Origin: Nemertoderma westbladi
Lineage: Eukaryota > Animalia > Xenacoelomorpha
DNA: 64,000 nucleotides
Direction of reading: 5' to 3'
Assembly: GCA_032718475.1 (NCBI GenBank)
Contig: JAUCBJ010007168.1
Location: forward strand, 58,386 to 122,385
Shown here: in pieces, positions 11,599 to 23,692 of the stretch
How positions within the stretch are numbered: position 1 is the stretch's first letter
Layout: each line of letters begins with the position of its first letter
Position numbers and translations under genes: made by a program
Notes under the pieces: generated by a model
The model's database searches: none
What the model saw: the letters and a program-made list of their open reading frames with translations, nothing else
Told to the model about the DNA's origin: nothing

Positions 11599-13650
11599 TT
11601 CGGTAGTTGTAAGTCAAGTAAAGTGAGTGTCAAAGTATCAAACTTACCGTATTTTATCTAAACGGTACTAATTACAGTCTTATAAAATTAGCCTAAACGG
11701 CCAATTTTACAGCAAATAAATGTCACGGAATAAGTATATAATAAAATTAGCCTAGCGGCCAATTTTATAACAAATAAATCGGATAACGATATGCGTTATC
11801 AAAAGGTAAATTAAATACAATAATACGGACTAATTCAGCAATGAACAAAGAAATCGTACGGAATGCATAAATACTTGAGACAGTGGAACCCACAATAATT
11901 TTAACTAATACGGTAATGCCTAACTTATTTATGCAACCTTTCGAACTCACCCACTCCAATAATTCTCCAGAAAAACAGATTCCCAGATACAAACCGGACG
12001 TGAACCTTTCCGTTTTTAACGTTGCGGACGAAGCGCGATTTTCCCAACCAAAGTTGTTGAGTTATCTATCTCCCAAACTTGCTAAACACGGTCTTGCTCC
12101 CGTTACAGTCTAGAAATGAGTTCTGAATCCTGAAAAACAAAAGAGTTAGGTTTTACTTTACGAAAAATTTTGTACCGGTACAATATGGTATTTAAACCCT
12201 TTTAAACACCGGTATTCAATTCCAAAAATATTTTACACGCGATTCAAATCAAATTTTATTTCAAAAAATTAGCACTTAGCTAATCAAATACAAATTTTAC
12301 CTCAAAATACAAAATTTTCAAATAACTTTAGTCCTACTGAACCGTAGTTCAGTAAAACATATTCCTACTAATTGAAGAGACAGCAACAATACCTGCAATA
12401 TCCTACTGTAAAGTTTGTGAATCAAATCATAAATCCGACCTTCTCACCAAAACAGTAAACTCTACGTAAGCGAATATATTGCAGTATCGATCTCTTATAA
12501 CCGGTGAGGCAGAAAACAGTCTACGAGCAGACAAACTTCGATAAAACAAAATCCCGCGCAGCGAATCCTAAAATCAGGCTGACTCACTGACGGACTAAGA
12601 GGCTCGTATACTTTGCCGCGGTGTGATTTATATGGTTGGGCAAAGGGACACTAGCTAGGTACAGAGGCAGAGATTTGGAGATGTCTAACTAGCGAGCAAA
12701 GTGCAGTAAGGACGAAAGTTAATTTTATATATTTTGAGGTGTAAATAATTTCTAACGCGCGTGTTTTAATTCTGAACGGTCAAAGGCAGTTTTGCTCCTT
12801 CACATATATAATTACTGGGTACGGTGTGCATTTTACGAATATTCTAATTTTGTAACTTGTAGGTCCAATACTCACGAATGATAAGGTTCCTTCCCCTCTT
12901 GCGTATTTCCAGGACTCAAATTCAGGCATAAGGTTAATACTACGCCCAGAATTCGGCAATTTTAGGTACCAGGTCCCTGATACTAAGAAGAGATGTGTTA
13001 GTTTACTACTGTAGGCGTACGGGTACTAATAGCTATCCTGGCTCCTATCTAGAATTTTAGTCACCCAGGTAGTCCGGGTAACTTCCTATTAGGGCGTTGG
13101 CGGGGACACGGTAGATGTTAGTATATCCCTGATAGCCTCAATTTATTTGCGCCTAGTGTAAACTGCCCTACCGCCTGAACGGTACAATCCCAATTCAGGT
13201 GAAAACACAATAACCCTCCTAGCCTACAAGTTCTGATGTAATGGACACCGTTGTACGGCAAATAGTCACAGACGCACCTGTACTTAGCAAGAGTTAAGCG
13301 TACAGTTTGCTGCACCCTAACCAATTTGTATGCTTCGTACCGGTGTGCCTACGTCCTATCTGCGTACTAGTATCTCTGCTCTCTCTCCCTCCCGTAGGAA
13401 TATGAAGGTCTACTGCGGTTTTTCCTGAATCAAGACAGTACAGTCCCTATGATGTAATTTTAGGCTTACAGCGTGTCACTACGTCTACCTTTTGATCTTT
13501 TGGTCTTATACTTAGGTAGCAAGGATCGAACGCTGTCTAACCTTTCAGGCGATGGGCGAATAACTCTAGATGGTATTGCGGGTTATCTCTCGTCTACATT
13601 CCCCCGATGTTCCCGTTCATTACTGCGGCCCGATCTCTAGCCGGCCATCC

Positions 13651-14294
13651 TGTCCCTGAGTTTGTTCACCGTAGTGAATCCATAGTAAAACAGATAGAAA
13701 AGCTGAGAGAATATTCTGACTTTATTACAGAAGATACAATTATAATACAATGTAATCTGAGAATAAACTAAGCACGACAGAATATTGATAAGATAATCTG
13801 AGAAAGATTGAGATATAAGATATAGTGTTTTAATTGATAACTAATGAACAAATCGCGCCTTTATATACTAAATTTGTGCCGCAATCAATCGAGAAAATTC
13901 TCGATTGTTCTATAGATTCTAACAAGGTTTTAAAGATAGCTATTGGTCCAGCTAATATATAACTTGCACGACATTGGTTACAATCAAATAACTACAGCCT
14001 CATTGGTACAGACAAATGCAATTAATTTGTAGCGGTTAATTTAAATGAGTTGAAATTCTGCACAAAAAATAATTCGCACTTACTAGGATTCGAACTCAAT
14101 ACCTACTACACATATAATTTCCAACGCTCTACCGACTGAGCTACTGAACCACTTGACCGATAGATGTACAAATGATAGAACCAATACGAATGAGAACTCA
14201 AAGCAATCTTTACAAAGTTAATTCGAATAAAAAATAAATTTTGAAAATCCACGGCATTTAGGGAATATAATTCTATAAGATATATGATATAACA
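13651..14294 (-). promoter_or_regulatory. Probable 5' LTR / Pol II promoter of element 1 (boundaries uncertain)
   Basis: Minus strand, in order: three CCAAT (~14005, ~13978, ~13946), TATATAAA 13867-13860, Inr-like TTAGTT ~13844, AATAAA 13726-13721. TG..CA end candidates at 13651/13663 and 14294/14710. The partner LTR is outside the window. Confidence 0.5.
14064..14150 (-). ncRNA. tRNA-like Pol III unit (A box, B box, T6 terminator); not a foldable tRNA
   Basis: GGTTCAG-TAGCTCAGTCGG-TAGAGCG...GAGTTCGAATCC followed by TTTTTT (14069-14064); acceptor stem does not pair. Confidence 0.65.
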
Positions 14295-14792
14295 GCACAG
14301 TTGTTCGAAATGATATAGCGGTAATACGATATAATATAGTGAGATAGAAGCAGTATACCGGTAATGGTGGTGACGGTGGTGAAGACGGTACTAAATGTCA
14401 CTGGTCCCCACTGTGTGACTGAGACGACTGAATGGGGCACAAGCACTAACCGGTAATATATATATTGGGTATCTCTACTCTAGCTTGGCCTTACTACTCT
14501 TTTCGTTACTCTCCCCTCCCATTGGTTGTTACTTTCCTCTCCCGGAGGTTTAACCTCTGACCTCCCTTTGTGTGGCCCTTCGGGGTTTGTTGTCCCCGTT
14601 TATTGGGTGTGTGATACGAGGTTAATTGGGGATTAACCTCGTATCCCCAATATTGCTTAAAGGCGCCACTTCCCATGGGGGTTGGTGAGGCGGAATTGAA
14701 TCCGCTCACAACCTTGTTTTATTGATGTCTACCTTGTTTTATTTTATCTACCTTGTTTTATTTTGTATACCCTGTTTTATTGTATAAAATTA

Positions 14793-15085
14793 TACTGTGA
14801 CTCCGAGTTAATTTTACTGTACATATGTGATAAGTTTTAAACTACGTGTTCGTATTTTATTGTACCTTGTTAAATAAATTTTATTGTACCTTGTTAAATA
14901 AATTTCATTGTATGTATGTGATACTACTTTTTAAACTGTAGTTACGTACTGATACTCCGAATTAATTTTACTATACATAATATGTGATAAGTTTTAAACT
15001 ACGTGTTCGTATTTTATTGTACCTTGTTAAATAAATTTTACTGTACGTTTGTGATACTACTTTTTAAACTGTAGCTACGTAACAG
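14793..15085. repeat. ~155-bp AT-rich direct repeat x2
   Basis: atatgtgataagttttaaactacgtgttcgtattttattgtaccttgttaaataaatttta at ~14823 and ~14980. Confidence 0.8.
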
Positions 15086-15705
15086 ATATATTTTAAACTG
15101 TAAATTCTATTTTATTTAAAGTTTAATGTATGTATATACACGTGATTTATTGTAAACTACTGTACAGAGTTAGACCATTTATGTTACCTAGGCAAGACAA
15201 TTTTATTATATAATTTCAAACATGTATTACCATCCATTAATTTACATAATTTACATAAAACAATGTAAAATAAATTACCGGTAAATGGTGATTTATATAT
15301 ATTATTTCAGTATTGTGCAGTATGTATTTTTTTATATGGGAAAAAATTCAATCAATCAAAAAAGGCTCCGTAATTGGAAGCCCAGGAATGTCACCACTAT
15401 ACCAAGCTGCGGCTTAGTAAAATATATGTTCAAATATAGATATGGTAATATATATATTTACTTATATGTATTTAGCTAGGCTAATTATGTAATGAACCCG
15501 TTTGATTTTATGAGTTTTATGCTTGGGTGGAGTCATCGAAATTTGTCATTTCAATGCTTGGGTCTATACAGTATACCCTCACCCTTTTCAAATTTATGCT
15601 TCCTTACAAGGCACTTTCACCCGTTAAACAATTGTGTTATATTTGCAAAGAGGAGCTGCGCAAAACAGAAGGATAGCACATCTGTATTATAAATAAGTTA
15701 CAATC

Positions 15706-17191
15706 TACGGTGGCTGAATGTGGCCAATTTAATTAATTTTAAAAATGGGAAATATAAAAAGAAATTAATGAAATATAATTCCTTTAAAACAGGAATTAAT
15801 CAAATATAATTCAACCAGAAACGGAAATTAATCAAATATAATTCAACCCAAAACAGAAATTAATCAAATATAATTCAATCAGAAACAGAAATTAATCAAA
15901 TATAATTCAACCAGAAACAGAAATTAATCAAATATAATTCAACCAGAAACAGAAATTAATCAAATATAATTCAACCAGAAACAGAAATTAATCAAATATA
16001 ATTCAATCAGAAACAGAAATTAATCAAATATAATTCAACCAGAAACAGAAATTAATCAAATATAATTCAACCAGAAACAGAAATTAATCAAATATAATTC
16101 AACCAGAAACAGAAATTAATCAAATATAATTCAACCAGAAATTAATCAAATATAATTCAATCAGAAACAGAAATTAATCAAATATAATTCAAATATTTTG
16201 GAGGGAAATTTAAAATACTGTCTCTGTGCAGTGCAGTAAATTGTCGTTCCCTTTTCAGTCTATCAGTGCAGTACTGCAGTACCGGTTGCCTGTAGCTGTG
16301 TAAGCTTAGTTCTGTGGTTAGTTGTTATTCTTTTAATCACTACAGCACTACTGACTACCGATCTACCTGATCCTCGTCATCCATTTTCAATAGACTATGC
16401 CTGCCTATAGGCCTACATCTTATTTCTTACCTACAGTACAGTTCTATATACAACTACTGAACTAACTAATCCTACGGAATTACCGGTATTTCTGACTTTT
16501 CTTATCTGCCGGGTTGGCCGTAGTCAGGTCGTATCGGTCTGTCGGTAGTCAGTAGTGATTAAAAGATTAACAACTAACCACAGAACTAAGCTTACAGAGC
16601 TACGGGCAACCGGTACTGCAGTACTGCACTGATAGACTGAAAAGGGAACGACAATTTGCTGCACTGCACTGAGACAATATTTTAAATTTCCCTCCAAAAT
16701 GTTTGAATTATATTTGATTAATTTCTGTTTCTGGTTGAATTATATTTGATTAATTTATTTTTGTGGTTGATTTATATTTGATTAATTTCTGTTTTGGGTT
16801 GAATTATATTTGATTAATTTATGTTTCTGATTGAATTATATTTGATTAATTTCTGTTTCTGGTTGAATTATATTTGATTAATTTCTGTTTTGGGTTGAAT
16901 TATATTTGATTAATTTCTGTTTCTGATTGAATTATATTTGATTAATTTCTGTTTCTGGTTGAATTATATTTGATTAATTTCTGTTTCTGATTGAATTATA
17001 TTTGATTAATTTCTGTTTCTGGTTGAATTATATTTGATTAATTTCTGTTTCTGGTTGAATTATATTTGATTAATTTCTGTTTTAAGGAATTATATTTGAT
17101 TAATTTATGTTTTAAGAAATAATATTTCATTAATTTTTTTTATATTTCCCATTTTTTAAATTATTGAAATTGGCCACATTCAGCCACCGTA
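15706..17191. mobile_element. Foldback non-autonomous DNA transposon, IS3EU-like (TAC..GTA ends, 6-bp TSD), ~650-bp TIRs containing 32-bp tandem arrays
   Basis: Ends TACGGTGGCTGAATGTGGCCAATTT / AAATTGGCCACATTCAGCCACCGTA; ACAATC at 15700-15705 and 17192-17197; unit aaattaatcaaatataattcaaccagaaacag repeated in both arms in opposite orientation. Confidence 0.88.
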
Positions 17192-17250
17192 ACAATCAAA
17201 ATGTAAACAAACCTAATTATATAATATAGTTAGTTAAAATGGTAGATTTG

Positions 17251-18342
17251 CTAAAGTCTGATCTTCATTTCCACTTTATCCATAGGTATGTAGTGGCCAC
17301 CGAAGTTCCACCAAGTTGGTCCCTCCTGACCCTCCTTCCCGTAGACGCCGGTTAGGTTGGAGAAGCTGCACAGCCGATACCACCATGCCCCTTTCTTTAG
17401 GTCAGCGGCGCAGTGTCCGAACCAAACATCGTTATCGCGATCTTTTGTCGAGAATGGTTGTCCATTGAGGTGGTGATCACAATATCCGCCGCTACCCTCA
17501 AAAGTTATCGCATCACCAGCACTACCGCTGTATCCGGATATCTGTAGCGTGTAATTACTATTAGAATCACCGATACTGAATTGATTATACTCGGCGTACT
17601 TGTAATGATCACCAAAGCCATGGTACCATAGATCGATCCTCAGTTTGACTCCGACTTTGGTAAGTTTGTGGATGTTTTCCAAACCTAGAAAAAACTCGCC
17701 CTCCACATTACGAAAGCCCGTCGTATAACTGGCCCAATTCCGATAGAAGTCGACTGATCCATCTACCCTCCTCTGTATGTCTAACCAGGGACCTCCAGCG
17801 ACTGAGTTGTCGCATCTAATGACACCATTTAGTCCATAGTATGGTTCACGTAGGCAGTACCCGTAGTGTTTACTTGAGTGATTGAACAAACCAAAACTGG
17901 ATGAACCTGTTACAACTTGTTTGCCAGGTTGTCATTTCTTTCAATTAGATCACCAATACTTTTCATTTAAATTCATATTACTTTCATCTAACTTACTATT
18001 TATTTTCGTTAGATCACCAATACTTCCATTCATTTTACTAACAACATTATTATTTTGTATTTTAATTAGTTTTATTTCTTCTCTGTAGTTTGACATTATT
18101 ATAAACAATGTTGCTAGTGCCACTAACAACGCAACCACAATACCACCAACAACCCCAACCCACAATCTCCTAACCGAAACAACTCGCCTCTTAGTAACTG
18201 ATTTATTGTCACACTCACTATTCTGTGGTGGATTAACAGGGTTCACGTTCTCTGGAGTAACTTCATAGAAATGTAAATTGGAAATTCTTGTAAATTCTTC
18301 GAGTCGGATTTCTGAATTGATATAACCACCTTGTCGATTCAT
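17251..18342 (-). pseudogene. Intronless type-II membrane fibrinogen-related protein (FIBCD1-like architecture), disrupted
   Basis: N-terminal ORF with TM LWVGVVGGIVVALLVALATLFIIM and a short coiled coil; FBG domain IQRRVDGSVDFYRNW, EFFLGLENIHKLT, FSTKDRDND, GAWWY..C. Three in-frame TGA at 17952-17932 and apparent frameshifts in the linker. Confidence 0.8.
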
Positions 18343-19020
18343 TTTGTAGATCAGGTATTGATTGATTGATTAGATACAATGGCAAAGTTATAGCTTAAAC
18401 TAGTAAACTTTAATAATCTTGATTTCAAAAAAACTTAAAAAAAATGGTTGATATACTAAATGTTTCGTAAGTTTTATGAATTATATAATAACAAGTCCTG
18501 TATTCTAACTTTGTAATATATCATAGCTTGTACGTTTACTGTATGCCCACAAATATGAAGGAATATAGTTTTGTTGTATAAGTAACCACCGCCAAACCGC
18601 TGACCTAATCTTTCAGTTGATAAGCCTTTCATAATATAATACAGTTAAATATTGGCAGCAATTATTACTGTATAATTAAATACCAGTGGAGGTTAATTAC
18701 ATTATATTACTGGGGTCAACTAATGCCTAACATGCTGTATAAGAAGTTAGTAGGCCTATATTTTCTATTCGCAATAATGTTACTGGAGCCAAGAACTTGC
18801 CCAGCTTTGTAAATCCTTCTCTAATTATTAGTATAGGAGGACAAACATTAATTAATTAACGGCCCCAATAATAATTGATATAAACTAATTAATATAATTA
18901 AAATGTTAGTGGTTCATATAGGAAGGAAATAAATATAATGTAGATTTATAAATAAAAATGTAGAAAGTTACAATTTAAGTAGATATTCAATTCCCTGAGA
19001 TACAGCAACATGTTGCTAAT

Positions 19021-19295
19021 GGCCCATATGAAGAATACCAGACTTTCTGCCGTTATTTGTCACTTTGCAGTTACCCCCATGTGAAGAATACCATGTTTTC
19101 ACCAAAAACACAGGTTACAGAAGGGCTGAATCTAACCAAAACAATGAACGAATTAGAACATGTACAGGTTATAAGACAGAAATAAGCGCCAGCAAACAAT
19201 TAATATAGATAAAGTTATGAAATTAAAAATCTTCAAATATAAATTCCAATAAAAAGTCGACCGAAAAATAAAATCCTGGTATTCTTCACATGGGC
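19021..19295. mobile_element. 275-bp MITE with 9-bp TSD (MuDR/Merlin-like)
   Basis: GTTGCTAAT at 19012-19020 and 19296-19304; TIR GGCCCATATGAAGAATACCAG / CTGGTATTCTTCACATGGGC. Confidence 0.8.
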
Positions 19296-19499
19296 GTTGC
19301 TAATATTTATTTGCAAAAGTAATATTTAACTCAATAAATAACAATAATCATGCGATATTCGAAAGTTTGTCTGTTATTTCTCAATGAAGAAAATGTCATT
19401 CAAAATCATGTAATTTTTATATTTACAGATTTCGAATCCTTGCAACACAACCTTCCCATCGGTGCGGTATACCAACGATAGAAAGCCACCCCAATATTA

Positions 19500-19900
19500 G
19501 ATTATAATAACAACATTTCTATTGGGTAAGGAAATGGAGGAAAGCCCTGGTTCGCTTCAGAGGGTATCTCGTCTGCCACGTGCACTATCAGATTGACCCC
19601 ACCCCCAATGAGGACTTCCCAGACCCAAACAACCAAAGCGAATTCCGCTCCTTCCTCGGCCTCGCCAAAAGTTTGGAAATTCGACGGTGGAAATCTAACA
19701 ACTCGTTGAGCCACTTCACAGCCTTATTACAGACCGCGCCGCGCTGCCTGGATTTGGCTGTCACTGCACTAGGACGCATTCCAGGCGACTCCAGCCCATC
19801 GTACCTCTCCGGCTTCCATCCTGATAGAAGAACTGAAATTCTAACCTATGCCTCACATCTACATGGTATCGGCTTCCTTCTGCGCCAGTGGGACCCATCT
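19500..19900 (+). pseudogene. Degenerate Ty3/gypsy RT-RNase H fragment
   Basis: DFPDP...EFRSFLGLA and FHPDRRTEILTYASHLHGIGFLLRQ resemble gypsy LRSFLGL and FDP..T.L.TDAS..G.G..L.Q motifs. Confidence 0.7.
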
Positions 19901-20429
19901 CAGAATCTCGTGCTGTTTTTTTTCAGAAGTTCAGAGGTATGAAAGATCGGCTGCCATTGGAAAAGGTCAAAATTCTTTGTGGTTTTCTGATGTAGAAACC
20001 TTGGTGATTGTTTGAAAACTCGTTACCTTGTGAAACTACCCGTTGTTGGTTGCTAAGGTAACTCACTGCTTGTCGGGTTCCTGTACCTATTTATTAGTAT
20101 GTATGTGAGTGGATATGTTTGTGGTTCCACTATAGCACTCCAGCCTATAAGAACGTCTCGCAGTATATACAGTACATATACACACGTACGAGTAGCGTCG
20201 CGCAGCAAGAACGGCTGCTTTCTCGAGAACGGTTAACCCGAGTACTCGACTCGCGCAGCGCGAAGGCCCTACGAAAATTTTCAAAATATTGGAACTTTTC
20301 TTCTAGTATATAGGTCCATGCAAAATTTGGTTGAAATTGAATAAAGGCTTCAAAAGTTATTAACGATTGAATTTTTAACTTTTAATTTTTAACTTTAACT
20401 TTTACTGTAAAAGTTGTTTTGTATGTAGT

Positions 20430-23400
20430 ACAGGTTAGGGAGGCTACACCACCACCCCCCCCCCCTCCACCTCCGGCTGGCTGTTGCAGAGTAGATCAAT
20501 CATCTCCAAGTACATTAGATCAAAGTAGTTCAATGTAGATCAATGTTAACCAGAATTGTAATAACGAACCTGTCTTTAGACTGGGTAGTTTTTGTCTAAA
20601 GCTGAGGCCGGCAAAAACACGATGGATATATATATATTTACCTATATCACTATATATGTCACTATGTATGTTCACCAAATGGCTTGAAACCACTTGCATG
20701 CATTGTAAAATTGTAAACGCAAGTATTTATCAATTGTTGTCTAGTTGTTGAATAAAAAAGTTGGGAACGATTCGAAGTGCGATATTCGAAATATTTGCAT
20801 ATTTTCAACATTATTGAACGCGAAATTAAATACCCACAACTCCCTTGCTTGAAATGTTTTTCAGGTGATTGATATTTAGCAATTATTATGAGGTTACTTA
20901 CTACTGAAATCTGACAGAATGCCAAACGTATTATTATAGTTCTATCTCTATTCAGCCAGTTAGTGTAATGTCAAGCAGTACATCATTTATATATCGTATG
21001 TATCTATAGGGCCTAATTGTCATCGTTATAATACTGTCATCAACTTAGGCTAAGCTCAATTGGAATGCAAAGGCTTAGTAGGTTTTGTATATCTGGGACG
21101 TTTACAACAGCTGTCGATTAAACTAACAAAACCATAAAACTGAACCAGGGTGGCTGCCAGCCGGGTACCAACGGCTGTTGGGTAGACTTAAGGGAACATT
21201 TCACAAACTTTCATAGGATGCTTGTACATGTACATTATATTGGTTGCTCCGATGTTTTTATTAGGCTAACTGAGAATGTATCTGGTATAAATACTGTAAT
21301 TATAGTGTTCTTTATTTTATTTATCTAATACAGAAAAGACCCCTCCGCAGAATAAACTGCTCTTTGGGCCGTTTCTCAGGTTGCGGATATGGATACCATT
21401 TCACACATCATCGTAGTAATTGTGATTATGATTTGTTTGCCTAGGCGAATGTGTATTACATTAGATGGGAGGCAGTTTTTTGGTTGATGCAAGTCATTCT
21501 TGGTTTGCATCTTCCAATCCCATCTGTTTCTTGGAGTCTGTGTAAGACAGGTTCGTTTAAAGCCATCTTGATGGCGTTCTAGTACAACAATAATGTTAAA
21601 TAAATGTTTATAAATTTATTTTTTTCCTCCAATATTCTCATGAGTTCTTCTTATCTACAGTATTCGCTACTGCCATCCACACTCTCTGCCAAATTCCTGC
21701 GTATTCTCGAAATCCCCTATATCACCCCCTATTTTGGAAATTGATAAAAACGGTTTTTTATTCTATCATGTGCCAAATTTAATGGAGATTTCAAATCTGA
21801 AAGCAGCTTTCTCATACTTTTTTCAAACTTAAGTTATTACCCAAAACGTAAGAACTAACCTGATATTCGAAAAGCCTTCGAGCAGCACTATATTTTACAA
21901 TTGTACGGGGCCATTTTCATAAAAAAGGCTCTCGCACAGTACAGATATGAATAAAATTGTAAAAAATTGTTTTACTAGTTATCTGTTTAGCAGCATGAAA
22001 TATTTCGTTCAATTTCATTCATTTTTGACAAAGTAATTGACAAACTTAGAAAAATGGTATTATCTAAAATAGCGGGAAGGTTTGAATTGTTCCTTTATTG
22101 TGATGTTACATTGGAATGTTTGAGTTATTTCTTTACTGGCGTTGAACTTTTGCATATATTATATTCTATTGTTCTGACATGTTATTAGATAACAATGGCT
22201 TGGCTTTGTACGACATAACACTATGTGGTATTGATGTGAAGCCAAAACCAATAAAGCCCGGTTTATGGATACACTTTCGCGGTGACCACGCGGTGGTTTT
22301 GCATTCGCATTTTGAACGCACTTTCACCTTGACCGTAGCGCTAACACCGCGGTTTCATAGCGCTGTGACCAAAACGCTGTGATTGTGACCAGCATTGCGA
22401 AGGGTCTGTAAAACCCACTTAAGACTAAGTCTAAGGAATGTTGAGAGAATAAGATATCTAAGTAATACAGTAGTAGATTCCAAAAATTTTGTAGATTCCA
22501 AAAACCAAGTTCACATGACCTGAATCTCAAGCGATCAAAAGTTATGACAATTTTTATAAGATATGTTTCAAGGTGATCCGTTATTTTTCAAATTTTAGCC
22601 AAAATTTTTTAATATTGTTTTTCTTATTTCATTCTCAATATTTATTCATCTTTTTTTTAAATATATACACCCCATGATCGGGGTAAATGAGTGTTAATCG
22701 TTATAAATAAAATTAAAATTAAAACAACTTAGTTTAAAATATCACGTTAATGGTGTACCCAATTTTGGTCCAAAATATGTCGAAATTTTTTTTGTGGTCT
22801 ATAATAATGCACCATTAAAAGCTGTTTCCAATTCTGTAAACCGTTATTTAATAGCTCTTTTATTTTTCAAGTTATAACAATTTCCATTAAGGGAATCATA
22901 TTGAAATTACTATTACTATGTATAATGAAAGTTCGATTATCTCCAAATTCAATTTTTTTTTTATGAAATTGTCAACTTCAAAACCCTACTACTTAACTAC
23001 AATTTTTGAGCAATTAGTTTGAAAGTTTATGTGGGTGTCTACATAGCCACTCTGCATAAAAGTATCAGACAACTTTTCGAAATTTTTTGTTACAGTAATA
23101 AAATTTATATTATAAAAGTACTATTTATAACAAACCTAAAAAAATAGCGTAAATTTGCAGCGCCACCTAGCGGTGCAGAATTATTTTCACAAAGTTTCGC
23201 CTGATAGTTATGTTGCCCCGTCTTTGATCTATCATATAAAAAAACTTGTGATTAGATCCAAAAATGTAAAAGCCTTAGGGTTTTAAGCGCAACCAAGTTT
23301 TTTTTATTGTTAACAAGTATTAACTAATATTAAATAGCGAAAAATAAAATTTTTCACACCTGTCATGTAGAATAGCATCTTAGGTACCTATATTCCAAAT

Positions 23401-23657
23401 TATAGCCAAAACCAAACAATTTTGAAACGATGTGTGTGATAAATCGAAGAGAGAGTTGTCCGAAAATGATGTACCCCCCTTAAAATAGACTTTAAAATTT
23501 CACAGAATTGGATAAATAATTTAAAGAGGGACAGTTGGGCAGTCTAGCACGTACGTGGTACAGGTGATGATGGGCTGAGCCACCGCTAAAGCTGCATAAA
23601 CACTAATCCGCTCGATCGTGGAATGGTTTAGAGTTTGTACATAAGTTGGAGTGCCAA
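20430..23657 (+). repeat. Diverged local duplication, copy A (continues at 39184-39890 beyond BEL element 2)
   Basis: Collinear blocks shared with 41790-44610, e.g. ctccggctggctgttgcagagtagatcaatc, gtggtattgatgtgaagccaaaaccaataaa, cacagaattggataaataatttaaagagggacagttggg. Confidence 0.85.
22751..23479. mobile_element. TTAA-inserting MITE (Kolobok-like), 729 bp
   Basis: TTAA at 22747-22750 and 23480-23483; imperfect TIR (tggtgtac / gtacccccc); the empty site tcacgTTAAaattgac is at 43321 in the paralogous copy. Confidence 0.75.
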
Positions 23658-23692
23658 TGTTCGCGCTTTTAGACCTTTAGCAGTTTAACCCG
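23658..23692 (-). repeat. Residual terminal 35 bp of the element 2 3' LTR
   Basis: tgttcgcgcttttagacctttagcagtttaacccg is identical to 37932-37966. Confidence 0.9.

Larger units (their letters stand above)
1..14294 (-). mobile_element. BEL/Pao LTR retrotransposon, element 1 (3' end runs off the window; right boundary approximate)
   Basis: Gag with three BEL-type knuckles (CQYC..H..C, CWRCTRHGHVRKDC, CPSCGRNHDGLLH), protease ILDSAS, RT FYVDD, RNase H FSDAS, integrase (H..H..CIIC, GIDCFGP, SDQGTNF, WERLIRS) in PR-RT-RH-IN order. LTR-like promoter segment at ~13650-14294. Confidence 0.9.

Noticed and set aside
12431-12449. PBS candidates for element 1 (TGGTGAGAAGG here; TGGCCGGCTAG at ~13647)
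   Set aside because: I cannot match either to a tRNA 3' end, and the first lacks an adjacent LTR-terminal CA.
14079-14150. Functional tRNA gene
   Set aside because: Acceptor and anticodon stems do not pair; the tRNA-like head at ~59465-59533 is likewise a SINE head.
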